The notes below the pieces were generated by a model. That model ran no database searches and had not been told where the DNA came from. It saw only the letters and a list, made by a program, of their open reading frames with translations. The translations under genes and the position numbers were made by a program. 64,000 nt of DNA from Octopus sinensis (lineage: Eukaryota). This document shows, in pieces, positions 38,601 through 51,699 of this stretch (the first letter of the stretch is position 1; every line of letters starts with the position of its first letter). The stretch is taken from contig NC_042997.1 of the NCBI RefSeq assembly GCF_006345805.1, positions 67,890,001 to 67,954,000 on the forward strand, read 5' to 3'.

Positions 38601-39772
38601 TCCTTTTTTATCTACAAATGGAACTTTGTACCTTTGTTAGAAAACAGTTCCTTTTTTACAGGTACACTTCAAATAATTGAAAACAAAATAGAACATACAT
38701 ACATACATACATACATACATACATACATACATACATACATACATACATACATAGATACAGTCGGCAAAGAGAAACTCGGAGTAGTGACGAGATGGACCTT
38801 TGCTTGAATAAATAGTTGCTTCGAGACATTTGTAACACACTATGCATTAACCTGGTGAGCACCGCAGAAAAGTCCAGCTTTAAATCTGCTAGTTCACTTA
38901 TCCTTGCCTCTGAATATCTTTGTTTTTAACCTAAGAGCATTGTAACTAATCAGAAAAAAAACTTCCTCTCTCGCCGTACTAAAATTTATGCGCTAATAAA
39001 CGAGTTATTGAGTGTTCTTGACGCTATTAGTTACGTGACCAGATCCCGTGAATAGTTGAGGACAGAACTACAATGTAACAAATTTCAATTATCTTCTTAT
39101 TGTTAACTCATTCCAAATGTTTCCCTTATATATTTACAGTTAGACAGGCTTGTTTAGTGAAAGCTAAGAATATTTGATTAATGAATAATGCAGCATTTGA
39201 GATGGATGATAGACCATTGATTAACCAATACATTACTTGCTATTCTTGTTTGGCCAGTTAGAAAGCTTCTAAGTAGACTTTCGATTTGTTAAAAAAGGCA
39301 GCTAAATCACATTCAAATCACAGTGCCATCTTAAAAAGAGGGGGAAAAACTCTATGCTTGAAAAACTACGTATCAATGGTATGATTTTGATCAAAGGTTT
39401 GTTCGAGCAGGTTCGATTGAATTAATAGGTTATATTCACAACAATGACAGCAATAACCGCAAAAAGCCACAATAGCCGCAACATCAGGATTGAGTACAGA
39501 TTTCTAAAATTATTATTCTAATTACTAGAAACTCCAGAATATTTATAGAATTGTAGTTATTTAACGTAATACATTTCCAGCAAAGATGCCTGCATTTCTC
39601 ATCAAGTATCAAACCTTGAAGATTTACTGGACGTTCGGGCTAAATTTGACAGTTTGCATAAAAGGAAAAAAAACCCCACAGTATCCCATCCAAAAATAAA
39701 AGTATTTAAAAAAAATCAAAAGATCAACTAGATAATAGTTGGGAAATAACAGTTTACTCAATGTAGCCGCCC

Positions 39773-40111
39773 TCAGCTTTCACCACAGCCGTTTTGAGGC
39801 TGTGGTTGAAGCTGATAATATATAAGATTACAATCAGGGGAATTATTAGGCCAGAAATTGGGGCGGAAATTCTCCGTCAACCACTTCTGATTCTTTCTGG
39901 AGGTATGGCACATAACAGAATGCATCTGACACACACATGGCCTTCCAACAGCAACCATCCGTTTGACTACAGTTCCCAGCAGCTTCACATAGCCGTCCGA
40001 ATCAAGCCTAAGGCCCTGTTCGAAGATGTTGGGCAGTATGACGTCACCCTCACTGGAGACATACATAAAGACCATCATAACGGTTTTGTAGTCTCCGTTG
40101 TGGCTGTCCAT
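39773..40111 (-). mobile_element. Tc1/mariner (maT/DD37D-like) transposase catalytic fragment
   Basis: VMMVFMYVSSEGDVILPNIFEQGLRLDSDGYVKLL..GRPCVCQ..HTSRKNQKWLTENF..WPNNSPDCN. Confidence 0.8.
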
Positions 40112-41033
40112 GTCATGTCTTACATCGAATTTCAGATTAGCACTGAAAATTTATTTATTAATTAAACGTGTATCAGCATGGCCGCAGCTATGAGCTGAAA
40201 CTACAGCAAATATAAAAAAAGAGTTCATACTGAAGATCAGCTATATTTCTTGTTGTTCATGTTTGTTTTTTGCGATCCAATTTATTGAATGTTGAATGTT
40301 TTTCGTAAAGGGGACGGATACGAACAAGCAAGTCACCGCCAATAGATTTGTATCTTGGTGTTTTGACCAGTTGGCAATTTCTATTCTGTGTACAACGATC
40401 ACTTTATAGTGCCTTTCAAAGGAAGGACAATTATACATAGAAATCACATAGACAGATAGTCAATCTCGAAAATGTATTTCCATGACGACAGTCTCATTAT
40501 TATTCAAATGTTGAACTATCACAAATTCCTGATATTTGAAATGGATTTCTACTGACAACTTGATTGGGGCTAAAAAAAAAACGCTAAACAAATTATCTCA
40601 CAAATTTAGCTGTTTTAATAAGTTTTCTCTCTGTTATACATAAAAATAATTAAAACAACAAAAATCATGACAAATAAAACAAATTTTTTACAAGTATTAT
40701 GTTGATTATATAGATTAGGTTAATTCAGCGCAGCAATGTAATTTACATTATAAATGTGCACTGATATATTAACAAATGCATCAGGAAGCAGGAACGCTTT
40801 CATATATAATTTATTACAAACAGATATTTATAATAACTTCCTCAAAGCTGATTCCATCACATGGTTGAAGCCAGGAGAACTTAGAAATTATTTATGCATA
40901 TATGCATACATACATATTCTTACATACATGTATGCAAACATACATACATACGCAAGGGCGCGCGTGCACACACACATACGATCGTGCATCCACACACACA
41001 CGGGTAGAGCGTGCACACACACGCACACACGCG

Positions 41034-41072
<39 letters not shown>

Positions 41073-43195
41073 ATGTACTTTTTTTATTAATTCATAGTCC
41101 AAAGGAGAGAGCTAGTGTCTAGGTTTTCTTAGATTGTCAAGATTGATATTCAACTTCAGCTCGTAAAGGGAATGTATGAGCAGAGATCTGTTACAAGAGA
41201 AAGGATTGCGTGTAGAGTTTACAATGGATTTGAAACTGGAGTTGGGGAGTGAAAGTAAAATACGTAGTACTGTAGATGAAATTCTTAGAGATGTATAGTA
41301 ACTATTTCTTCCTAATGTTGGATGCAGCTTGCTGTACTGACGCTTCACAACGTGTCTTAGGCATTTTTTACACATGTATCTCATGGGCAATTGTGATAGA
41401 AGAGCAAATGAAAATTGCAGCAAAAGAAATAATGATGTTACGTTTGTGAATATGTATTCCAAGTGAGAATATATAATTGATTTTACTTGAAAATAGTTTC
41501 CTTTCTAGTGTGTAGCATATTTTAAAGAATCTATACTAGAGGATGGTTGATTCTTGATATTCAGTTTGTATTCAATTTGGTTAGAGAATGTGTGGTTTCA
41601 TATATTGAAAGTAAGTGAGAGACTTAGAAATCAACATTACGATGCTATGGCTAAAAGGCATACGCAAAAATCTGCAGTTTTAAATCCAAATTTACCCTAG
41701 AGAAGGAATTTATATCGTCAAATGAATTAATTAACACATTTACTTTGCTGAATTTTGTCACGAACGTACCCTAAAATCCACACCAATAAATATAATTCCA
41801 GGTATTTGTACAGACGACAATCAATCAGACGAGAATACTCCAAGGATGAATAAAATTCAACATAATCAAAATCTGACTTGTAGATGCATGCAATTACATA
41901 GATTCTAATCCAAATAATATTTTCAACCAAGGCTCCATGCGTTACAAATATTTCTTTTGGAAACTTTGATTAAAACATCTAAAATATTCAAGCCATTGGC
42001 GTAAATATTCATCTGGCGTAATACACCCATCAACTGCGCACATTAATTTTTAATTTCTTTCTGTTGAAATCCTGTTTATTGCAACTTTAGGATGGCAATG
42101 TTAGATTATGTAAAGAAACCAACCTGTCTACTTTATTCTATGACTTACAGGGATTTAGATTTACTTGCTTGAAGGATTAATTTTGTTTAAACCACTGCTG
42201 AAAGTGACTATTGTGAACCTACGCTTTCCTCCAAGTATCGAGGTTTTGCTTCCAAAAACAGTTATTGACAAAATAAGTGAACATAGGCTGACGTGTGGGT
42301 CGTGTGTTGTTGCTTCAAAAAATTTTCTTTGATACCTGCATTTAAGTTTCTTTTCTTTGAAGATAATCTAATACATAACATTGTTATTACTTCCTACTAC
42401 TTTTGAAAATAATCATATAAAGGTAAACTTTTCGATGCAACTGTCTATAAATGATATTTTTGACAAGAATGAACATACGTGACTATTTCAATGCAATTTA
42501 GCATAGAAGAAAAGGTTGAAATGTCAAACGGTGCATTCGTTGTAATTTTGCTATTAACATATATAAAAAAATGTACATATACGAAATTTCATTTTTCTGA
42601 CTATGCGGGGAAAAATTGTCACGTTTGTACATGCACGCAACCTTTAATTTAGAGAATGCAAATGTAGAAATTTCGATTGCTAATGCACCAAAAGGATGAA
42701 ATTATTCTCAATATGATGTTTTTTCAGTATTGTTTACAATAGAACGTGAGTAAAACTTTCAACACCTCTTTAATAGTCCACAACCTCTCAGGGTTATATA
42801 TATGTACTCAAAAACTTGTATCGATTGAAAATAGACGGAATTTTGAAGAAACTGCAAATAAATGAATTGTCGAACGCGCTTATATAACATGACTGTACAT
42901 GTCGCACATCTGCATGTTCAAAATTGCATCAGCTTTACTCAAACCTGCACGCAAATGTTACCTGATAGAGCACGCACAAAACTAAATTACGCCCGCGGTT
43001 TAATACGTGCAAAATATTTTGATACAATTGAAAATTATGGAAGATTTCTCCAGAGTGACTGTGTAAAAATTTATGTGCATCATTTAAAATTTTGATGTGA
43101 CGGTAGATGTGCAGAAAATTCAAAATAGTTAGACATTTCTGAAAGCTTTGATGCGCGCGCGCTTTGTGTGATTATATGTATATATATATATATAT

Positions 43196-43690
43196 ACTAG
43201 CAGCTAAGCCCGGTTTCACCCGTTCGGTTTGGATGATGTGGCTGTAAAACCTGTTCTGTGTAAGCATTCGACTTGTTTGGACACGCTTACGTTAAAAAAA
43301 CAATTTTAGAATGACATTTTTTCTGTCAAAACGCTAAAAATAACTGACCAACAAAAAAATTCAAGATTCAAGATTCAACCAATTCAAAAAATCCAAATAC
43401 TAAGCGAACAAAGATGAACCACCCCACTTCCATTGCGCGCACACGCATACATAAACGCATACACGCACACACATACACACATGCACACTCACACACACAT
43501 TCACATACCTCCCCTTTTGCATACACACACATATATTCACTCAAAGTTGAAACGCTGCTTGATTTATTTTTTTCAGCGTACAACTTTCATCACCACACTA
43601 CCAAGTATGACACCACCCCTTCCTTCCTTATTCATCTATCACCCCTTTCTTTTTCATTCATAAACACAAGTGTATTATTATAGTATATTA
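43196..43690 (+). mobile_element. Non-autonomous Helitron-like element
   Basis: Begins after (TA)n with TACTAGCAGCTAAGCCCGGTTTCACCCG, like common Helitron 5' ends; internal (CA)n. The right boundary is approximate. Confidence 0.4.
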
Positions 43691-43898
43691 TCTCGGTAAC
43701 CATGGGAGCTATGAAAAAATACAAAACCCAGCATCACCACCGGATCATTCTACACATCTGTTGTAATTTTTCGGTCAATTCCACCCAGCCGTTTGACCGT
43801 GAATCCCAAGACAAGAAAGAATCGCCCATGTCAAATTACTATGTATATGTATATGTATATGTATACACACACACACATATATTTATATACACACACAG

Positions 43899-43949
<51 letters not shown>

Positions 43950-43970
43950 ATATATATATATATGTATATT

Positions 43971-44365
43971 TAGAAGGCATACAAGGCGCCTATTTACTAG
44001 AAAGAGCAGGTAAATCCTCAACTAAACCACCGAATTAAACTGAAATACACAACGGATCAACAGAAATCAGGCAAGCGAGTAAAGATTAACAAAATCATCA
44101 CAGCTCAAGCTATAGAATGAAGAATCGGATATACTTGGATCCTGATTTCGAATTCTGGCTACGGCATTAATTCTCCTCAGCAAGCAAGAATTAAGGCTAT
44201 AGCCACAATTCGAAATAATGATCCAGGTATATCCGACTCTTCATTCTACAGCTTGAGCTGTGAGGATTTTACTTTTAGTCGATTGCCCGATTTCTGATTA
44301 ATTCGGTGGTTTACTTGAGGATTTAGCTCGTCTGTCAAGCAACTAGGCGCCTCGTGTGCTCTCTA
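43971..44365. repeat. Fold-back (palindromic) element, arms about 180-200 bp, 12-nt loop
   Basis: 43971-44174 is the imperfect reverse complement of 44187-44365; TA at both ends. Confidence 0.9.
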
Positions 44366-44829
44366 TTATTATAAATGTTATTCTCTAGCTATTTTACGCT
44401 ATTATTGCTTGCTACCACCTATATCTTTATTGATATTATTATCAATTATTTATATTTGCTGCTGACAGTAATAACAAAAAAAAAAAAAAAATTCGTTTGA
44501 ATAATTACTCATATATATATGAATTTGGTGCGGGACAATTTAGACCGCCACAGATTCCAACGTTTTTCATACGGTGATGCTTGCTGAGGAGTAGTAAGGC
44601 CGTAGCTGTGCTGGCTGGTTGACAGGGGGAACAAATACCACAGTAAGACGTCTTTTGACATACCATTTCAATTCTCCAACTGAAAGGCACTTCTTTCCAC
44701 TGGTTGCACATGTTCTATTGTGAACAATCGCCATATCACAAATTACAAGGCGTTGATTGAGTCATGCAACCTGGTCAGCCAGGTTGCATGACTCAAGCAT
44801 TTCTTCCCACAAATTACACACTTAAATAG

Positions 44830-45510
44830 CATCACTCACTCATGTTTTACCTGTTCATTCTTTCTAAGCCTTCTCTTGATCTTATGCTTCATTCTCTCTC
44901 TTTCAAACTTCGAACAACCACTGTGCACTCTTTTCCGCAACCCATTTCAGTCTTGTGCCACCCTCTCCTAATCAACTACCGAAACACCTGTCTGTGTCAG
45001 ACCAATTCTGAAGCAGTCCTTGAACCTCATGTTTCGGCCTCCTATCATCTTCCAGCTCACCATACAAAAGTTGTTCAGGAAGTCTTTGATTATTCATTCT
45101 CACCAGATGTCCATCCCGTCTCAAATGACTTTGCAGAATCATCTATTCAACACGCCTACTACTACTTCTATCAAGTGTCTTTACATCACTGATCGTTATT
45201 TTCCAGTTAATCCCAAGAATTTTCCATAGACAATATTGATGCTATCGTTCCAAGTGCTTTAAATGCCTGCGATAAACAACCCATGTCGCACTTCCATAGA
45301 GCAACGGTAGCACATGTGCTATAAACCCTAACTTTAATTTGGAAAGATGCACTATGACGCGACCAGAAACGCTTGTCAAGCTTACCAAAAGCACTACTAG
45401 CCTTGCTGATTCTATACAGAATTTCATCATCAAGACCTGTAGTGCTCAAAGTACTTCCTAAATAAATGAATTTAGTTACAGCTTCCACCTTTTGTCCAGT
45501 CCACACACAG
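44830..45510 (-). mobile_element. RTE-clade LINE RT C-terminal fragment
   Basis: VEAVTKFIYLGSTLS..RISKASSAFGKL..LLYGSATWVVYRRHLKHLER..WDGHLVRMNNQRLPEQLLYGEL. Confidence 0.88.
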
Positions 45511-46095
45511 TTTCATATAAAGTTTAGAGGGGTAGGTTGTACATCCGAACATTTTTCTTTAAGTCGATTGTAAGGTCCACTGCTGTATATGTTGCAAAAA
45601 TCGTATTCAGCATGTATTGCATATCTTCCTGCATAAAGAACTCAATGATGCGAGAATGAAGAACTTTCGTTTTAGCAAGTCGTATGAAGTTGAAGAGTTT
45701 TCTCACTGTCCTATATAAGATATAGGACAATCTTCAGCACAATCTTCGAAAGCTATTTGAAAGACTATTGTAAAATACAGAGTAAACAAGCTAGGAACAG
45801 GAATATCACCGTTTTAACCATATATATATATATATATACTTTATTAATAAAGTTGTAAATACATTACAAAATCTGTTACTCAGAGTTTCACGTCCCCGTG
45901 CGTCGGACGGTTTTGGTTGAAAATGGAACAAAAATAAGGTTATATGCTTAACTATACAATTACATTGATAAATATACATTTGAAAATGGTCTTGTTTTAT
46001 TGGTCCTTTCAGCTAACGGTTTTTCAATATGTTTTATATTCTTGTTTTATATGTTTTATATTCTTGTGAGCTATTTGTACATTTTCCATGAAAAA

Positions 46096-46460
46096 GGAAT
46101 AGTTTATAGAGCTAAAGTACAAGCAGATGACTCACAAGAATATAAAACATAAGCAGGAGCTTCTGAAAATTCGTTAAAGACTAGGTCTTACTCCCACCGA
46201 AATTCTTTTCGAAACCTCGAAAACAGGATAGCAACAAGTCTTGCAATTGAAGAAACGTGACACCCGTCCTTTCGATATCAGCTGGACAATTTTGGAGAAA
46301 GCAGCACCATATAAACATGGAGCATATAGACGACCAATGAAATGTAATCTTCGCCTCTCGAGAAAACTTTTCCACCTGTTCCAGAATGATCATGCATTGA
46401 ATTAAAGACGAGAACTTTTAAATTCCTGCATGCATGCTACGAGGTTTAAAATGTCAACTA
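46096..46460 (+). mobile_element. Penelope-like element GIY-YIG endonuclease fragment
   Basis: GIVYRAKV..YKT*AGASENSLKTRSYSHRNSFRN..SL..LKKR..ISWTILEKAAPY..KCNL..ALN*RRELLNSCMH, the PLE GIY-YIG 'IVY..YIG..FK.R..H..F..LS..W..L.A..Y..CNLC..LNKR.E..C.H' pattern. Confidence 0.8.
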
Positions 46461-46855
46461 AAAAATACCGTATGGATAAAAGTTTTTGATTCTTTTTGAC
46501 TTTCGCATTTGAATTTGGCTTTTACGCCTAAATTATAGACATCTTTTATTTTATTACAATGCTGATACATATATCGCCTTCAAATTTTACATTTGACTTT
46601 TAAGAAAGCCTTCGACTGTTCTGCAAATTTAAATTAAAATTTTGCCTAGGCTAAGTTTTTACTCATTTTTTACTCATTTTAATATTTAAATGTTAAATTA
46701 TTACTTCAGATTTATGTATTTAAAAAACTTTATATATTTATATTACATTTAATTATATTATATTAATTTATTGTACAATTTTCTTATTTTGATATTCTAT
46801 GCACCAGACAGTTTTTAAATACATCTGCATGCATATATACATTATGGTGTATATA

Positions 46856-47987
46856 CAGGGGTTGGACAAAATAATGGAATCACCTAGCATCACAGCATCA
46901 TAATTTTGAAATATCTATAAAACCGTCAAAGGCTTGTTTATTTTTATGTTTTTTAATTTATTATTAGTGTTGCTTAATATGTTTTGCTAAAATTGCTGTT
47001 TCTTTTCAGATATCATCAGAAAAAGATAATTAGAATTCATTAAAATGATAGATCCAACGGACTTCCAAAGAGGTCAAATTGTTGGTGTTCGTATGGCAGG
47101 CGCTAGCGTAATGAAAACAGCTGAAATGTTTGGTGTTTTAAGAAGTACTGTCTCGAAAGTAATGGCAGCCTTTGAGAAGGAGTGAAAAACCTCCTCGTCG
47201 AAACAAAACTCCAGAAGAAAACCAAAACTTTCAAATAGGGACCGTCGGACTCTTACGCAAATTGTTAGAAAGGATCACAAAAGTACAGCTCCCAAAATTA
47301 CTGCAGAGCTTAATGACCACCTCGAGAACCCGTTTCCACAAATCCTGTTCACCGGGAGCTGCAAAAAGCTTGATTTCACGAGAGGGCTGCAATCAGAAAA
47401 CCACTACTTTCAAAAACAAACGTTGCAAAGCGTTTACTTTATTTCCGACCACCGGTCGAGTATACGTGTGGAGACAGCCGAAAGAAGCATTTGACCCAGA
47501 CTGCCTTTCTTCCAACTGTTAAACATGGAGGAGGATCTGTGATGATCTTGGGTGTGTGTGTGCTATATCATGGAAATCCGCCGGTCCAATGGTTTTCCTT
47601 CATGGCAGAATTAATAGTGAAGACTATTTAAGCATTTTAATCTTATCAAATTCATCCTATGGTTGCGGAACTGTTTCCAGAAGATGATAATACAGCTAAA
47701 GTCGTTATTGAATGGCACGAGGAACATTCTAGTGAAGTTGAACATCTTATCTGGCCACTACAGTCCCCAGATCTCAATATTATTGAACATTTATGGTGCA
47801 TTTTAGAAAAACAAGTAAGGAGTCAGTATCCTCCACCATCGCCACTACAAGAACTGGAGACTGTTTTAGCTGAAGAAGGGACGAAAATGCCTTTGGAAAC
47901 AATTCAAACTTTGTACGAGTCCATCCGTCGTAGAATTGAAGCTGTACCTCATATTAAAATAAATTTCCATTATTTTGTCCAACCCTG
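46856..47987 (+). mobile_element. Tc1-family DNA transposon, decayed, both TIRs and TA TSD present
   Basis: TA|CAGGGGTTGGACAAAATAATGGAA ... TTCCATTATTTTGTCCAACCCTG|TA. From ATG 47045: MIDPTDFQRGQIVG..STVSKV, VKHGGGSVM, QSPDLNIIEHLW. Confidence 0.93.
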
Positions 47988-49056
47988 TATGTATCTTGAG
48001 GTGAATATATGTATATATATATATATATATATATTTACACACACACATGTATATATATATATATTTATATATATATCTACGCATATATCAACGTATTTGT
48101 ATATTTATGCAGATAACCTTATTTTTGTTCCATTCTCAACCAAAACTGTCCGACGAACGGGAAGGTAAAACTCTGAGTAACAGCTTTTGTGATGTCTTTG
48201 CTGCTTATTAATAATGTATATAGTATATTACTCTACTTTCGGTATCCAAGTAATAATTTTTCCACTTTGTTTCATATTTATATGATTACTCTGTCGTATA
48301 TATATATATACGTATTATATATAAAAACATTCATTCTTATATTATTGCGGCGTTACGTTTGTCCAATTTTAAACCCTGCACGACTTCTATACACACTGTC
48401 TTTTACTACCCGCCATTGCTTCTTCACCAGACTTTTTGGCGCCCTCCGATTCTTCCCCTCTCTTCCTCCCATCCTCCTCCCCTCTTCCTCCCATCCTCCT
48501 TAATCCCTTCTTTCTCCTTTTCTCTTGGTCACTGATTCTGTCCCCTGCCTTCCACCCTCTTTGATTCCCTCTCTCTCTGTCTCTCTTTCTCTCTCTCCTG
48601 CGACCTGCTGCTTCTTCAACCATTCTGTTGGCCTTCGTATCTCGACCAACATGTGTCCCCGCTACCGAAACGGTAATTATTTCTACGCCAGCTGCTATGT
48701 TGTTGTTGTTTTGTCTCATTTGGTCTAAAGTCGTATGACAACCACCGTTATATATATTTTGTTTATTCATTACTGTTTTCAATTTCGTTTTCGTCTCTTG
48801 TATTCACATCCGTCTTGTGCGTTCACATTCCTGTCTTCTACCAAGAAATCTAATGCTTACAGCTTAGTTTTTTTTCTTGGGGCTGGCCGAGTTGGAGCAA
48901 ATATCAGAATTGAACAGCCGAAATTTGCTATGATGATTCGGTGTCTGACTGAAGATTGAAGGCTTCGAATGATTTGTCTGTGTTCCGTGTTCGTCCCTTC
49001 CTGTATTTCACGTTCATTATATATAAAAACATTCATTTATATATATGTATATATAT

Positions 49057-49087
<31 letters not shown>

Positions 49088-49202
49088 CACGTGGTCACGT
49101 GACCGACCTGGCTATCAGATGTTGCTACACATCTCTGATCACAATGCGCTTCGCATTGTTTTAGCCTTCAAATGACGCCATCTCGCTGGCTAAGCGAGCA
49201 GG

Positions 49203-49284
<82 letters not shown>

Positions 49285-49672
49285 GTATATATATATATAT
49301 AGCGAGAGAAAGAGAGCTTGTTGAGAAAATGTCACTTCACTTCTTTGAAAAAAAAAATTTCCTACGATCACACATGAACGAAACTTTGCCAATCTTATTC
49401 CGAGACATAAAATTACCTGAAGTTATAATGTAAGAAAAAAAAAACTGAAGGACAGGAGTTGCAAAATATAGACTGGCAAAACGATTAGGTCTTAAGTAGG
49501 ACAAACTTCTACATACAAATCCAAATCCCAGCGGGGACGACTCGACCTTTCATAACTTCGGAATTCATGAAATATGTACCAGTTAATAAAATACTGATCT
49601 GATTAAATCGAGTTTGCCGTCAGCAACAAAGTTTACGCGCACACACACACACACACACACATACACACACAC

Positions 49673-49727
<55 letters not shown>

Positions 49728-50109
49728 ACATAGTTGCTGAACGAATTTTTTAACCACACAGCTTTGTCTCTGCCTATACATACATATACATACATACATT
49801 ACACATACATTTGTTTGTGTGTATATACAAACACAAACACACACATATTTATGAACGATGTATGTATAGGCAGAGATAGAGCTGTGTGATATAAGAAGTT
49901 CGTTCCTTCAGCATCCACGTTATTCTAGTGTTAATCTCACTGCACGACACCACTGGGTTCTACTGTTGTCTCAGATTGGCCAATATCGTATAAGTGAAAT
50001 TTGTTAAATAGTAACCATGCAAATCGCCATGAATTTATGCATACGTAATCTGATCAATAAATATTCGATCTGTTGCCATAGTAAGGAAGCTAAAGAATGC
50101 AGAGTAAAA

Positions 50110-50330
50110 CCGCTTGCTTGGCAAAGATTATCTTGAATTCTGCCGTGCAGGCAAACTAAGTTGTAACGTTCTAGCTCACTTCCGCTGTTTACAGCAGTGC
50201 TTGGAAGGAAGGTGTGTAACGTGTGATCGTCGCACTGACCATGACAGAGAAAGTTGAGCAGAGAATCTGCGTCAAATTTTGCCAAACGCTTGGCGATATC
50301 TGCTCGGAATCATATGCAAAGTTTTCAAAA
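50110..50330 (+). mobile_element. mariner transposon 5' fragment
   Basis: ATG 50241: MTEKVEQRICVKFCQTLGDICSESYAK, the mariner N-terminal 'EQRICIKFC..LG....ET' HTH. Confidence 0.8.
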
Positions 50331-50574
50331 AGTTTTCATCATTCTCAACACAACCAAGGAAATCTTGTGCAACTGAAACCCGAGTGCCATTTAGGCCAGC
50401 AGTTTTGGCACAAACTTGGCAGACAATGGACTGAACTGAACCATAACTAATAGCACGCCAAGCAAAATCCCTAGCGGTATTTTGTTCGTGTCTACGCTCT
50501 AGGCCGATAAAAATAAGTACCAGTCGAGCACTGAAGTCAATGTAATCGACCTACTCTACCCCCAAAATTGCTGG

Positions 50575-50880
50575 TTTATACCATAACTATATCGACATCT
50601 TTTCAACCATCTCTGAAACGTCTGAACATACTCGCACACTTGTGTGCAGCTCATACACTTCCCTCCATACACTTTCTGCACCTTTGCGCAGGTTTCTAAG
50701 CAGGTATCACCATGACAACATTCTCTGTCACGGTGAATGCGACGATCATACGCTACACACGTTCCTTCCAAGCACTGCTGTAAACTGGGGAAGTGAGTTA
50801 TTACGTTAAGAATTAGTGCACATGCGCAACAGAGTTCAAGGTCAATTTTTGCCGAGTGGTCTGCTTTAGCTTCATTACTA
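50575..50880 (-). mobile_element. mariner transposon 5' fragment, same family, inverted
   Basis: GDTCLETCAKVQKVYGGKCMSCTQVCEY..FQ; 5'UTR is colinear with the 50110 copy. Confidence 0.8.
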
Positions 50881-51002
50881 TGGCAACCATCCGGATGGTT
50901 ATTGATCAGACCTAGTATCCATGTGAATGCATACATACGAACATGTATGTATGTATGTATAAAGCCAATGGAATATCAAAGAACAATATGTATATATATA
51001 TA

Positions 51003-51045
<43 letters not shown>

Positions 51046-51523
51046 TGTATATAATTATAAATTTTCTTAGAAAATCATAGAAAGCATGGAAGTGCTCGAC
51101 TCAAACCCGAGACACTAGACAAGTTCAAGAGATACAGGGAGGAAGTTCAACTCAAGCAGACTACAACTGGTGTATACATCTACGGATTTGATAAAAAGAA
51201 TTGTCTAAAACATATATTAATACATTCAAAATATAGAGTTATAGAAATATAAAAATATATATGAATGTTAAAAACATGCAAGGACAAATAAATATATAAA
51301 TATGTAAATATAATGGAGTATAGAAAAAAATATAGATGAGGATAATGAAATATAGAAAGACATTTCGTTTAAAAGTTATGGGATGCAGGGAGTAACAAAT
51401 GTTTAAAGATAGTTTTTGGTACCATATTTAAATGAAATGAAGTATCCCTACGATCGTTTCAAGGGTCGTCTGCTACACCAATCGTAGTCTGCTTGAGTTG
51501 AACTTCTTCCTTATATATATATT

Positions 51524-51564
51524 ACTAGCATTGTGACCCATCGTTGCCGGGTCATAGTGCTAGT
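51524..51564. repeat. 41-nt hairpin, 16-bp stem with two G-T pairs
   Basis: ACTAGCATTGTGACCC-ATCGTTGCC-GGGTCATAGTGCTAGT, directly after (TA)n; resembles Helitron-type mini-element ends. Confidence 0.7.
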
Positions 51565-51699
51565 GCATGTATATACATATATATGTGTACATATTACATG
51601 TACATCTATCTATATATATATATATACATCTACACATAAAATACAAAATACAAAGTTATATCCTGATATCGCTAGTGATAACAATACTGAAAATATATA

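Larger units (their letters stand above)
45866..48190. repeat. 82-bp inverted repeat pair (45866-45947 / 48109-48190), extending more loosely about 30 bp outward
   Basis: 8 mismatches in 82 bp by eye. Confidence 0.9.

Noticed and set aside
41112-41462. 116-aa minus-strand ORF
   Set aside because: Ser/Leu-rich, no motif, no splice support; consistent with chance in purine-skewed DNA.
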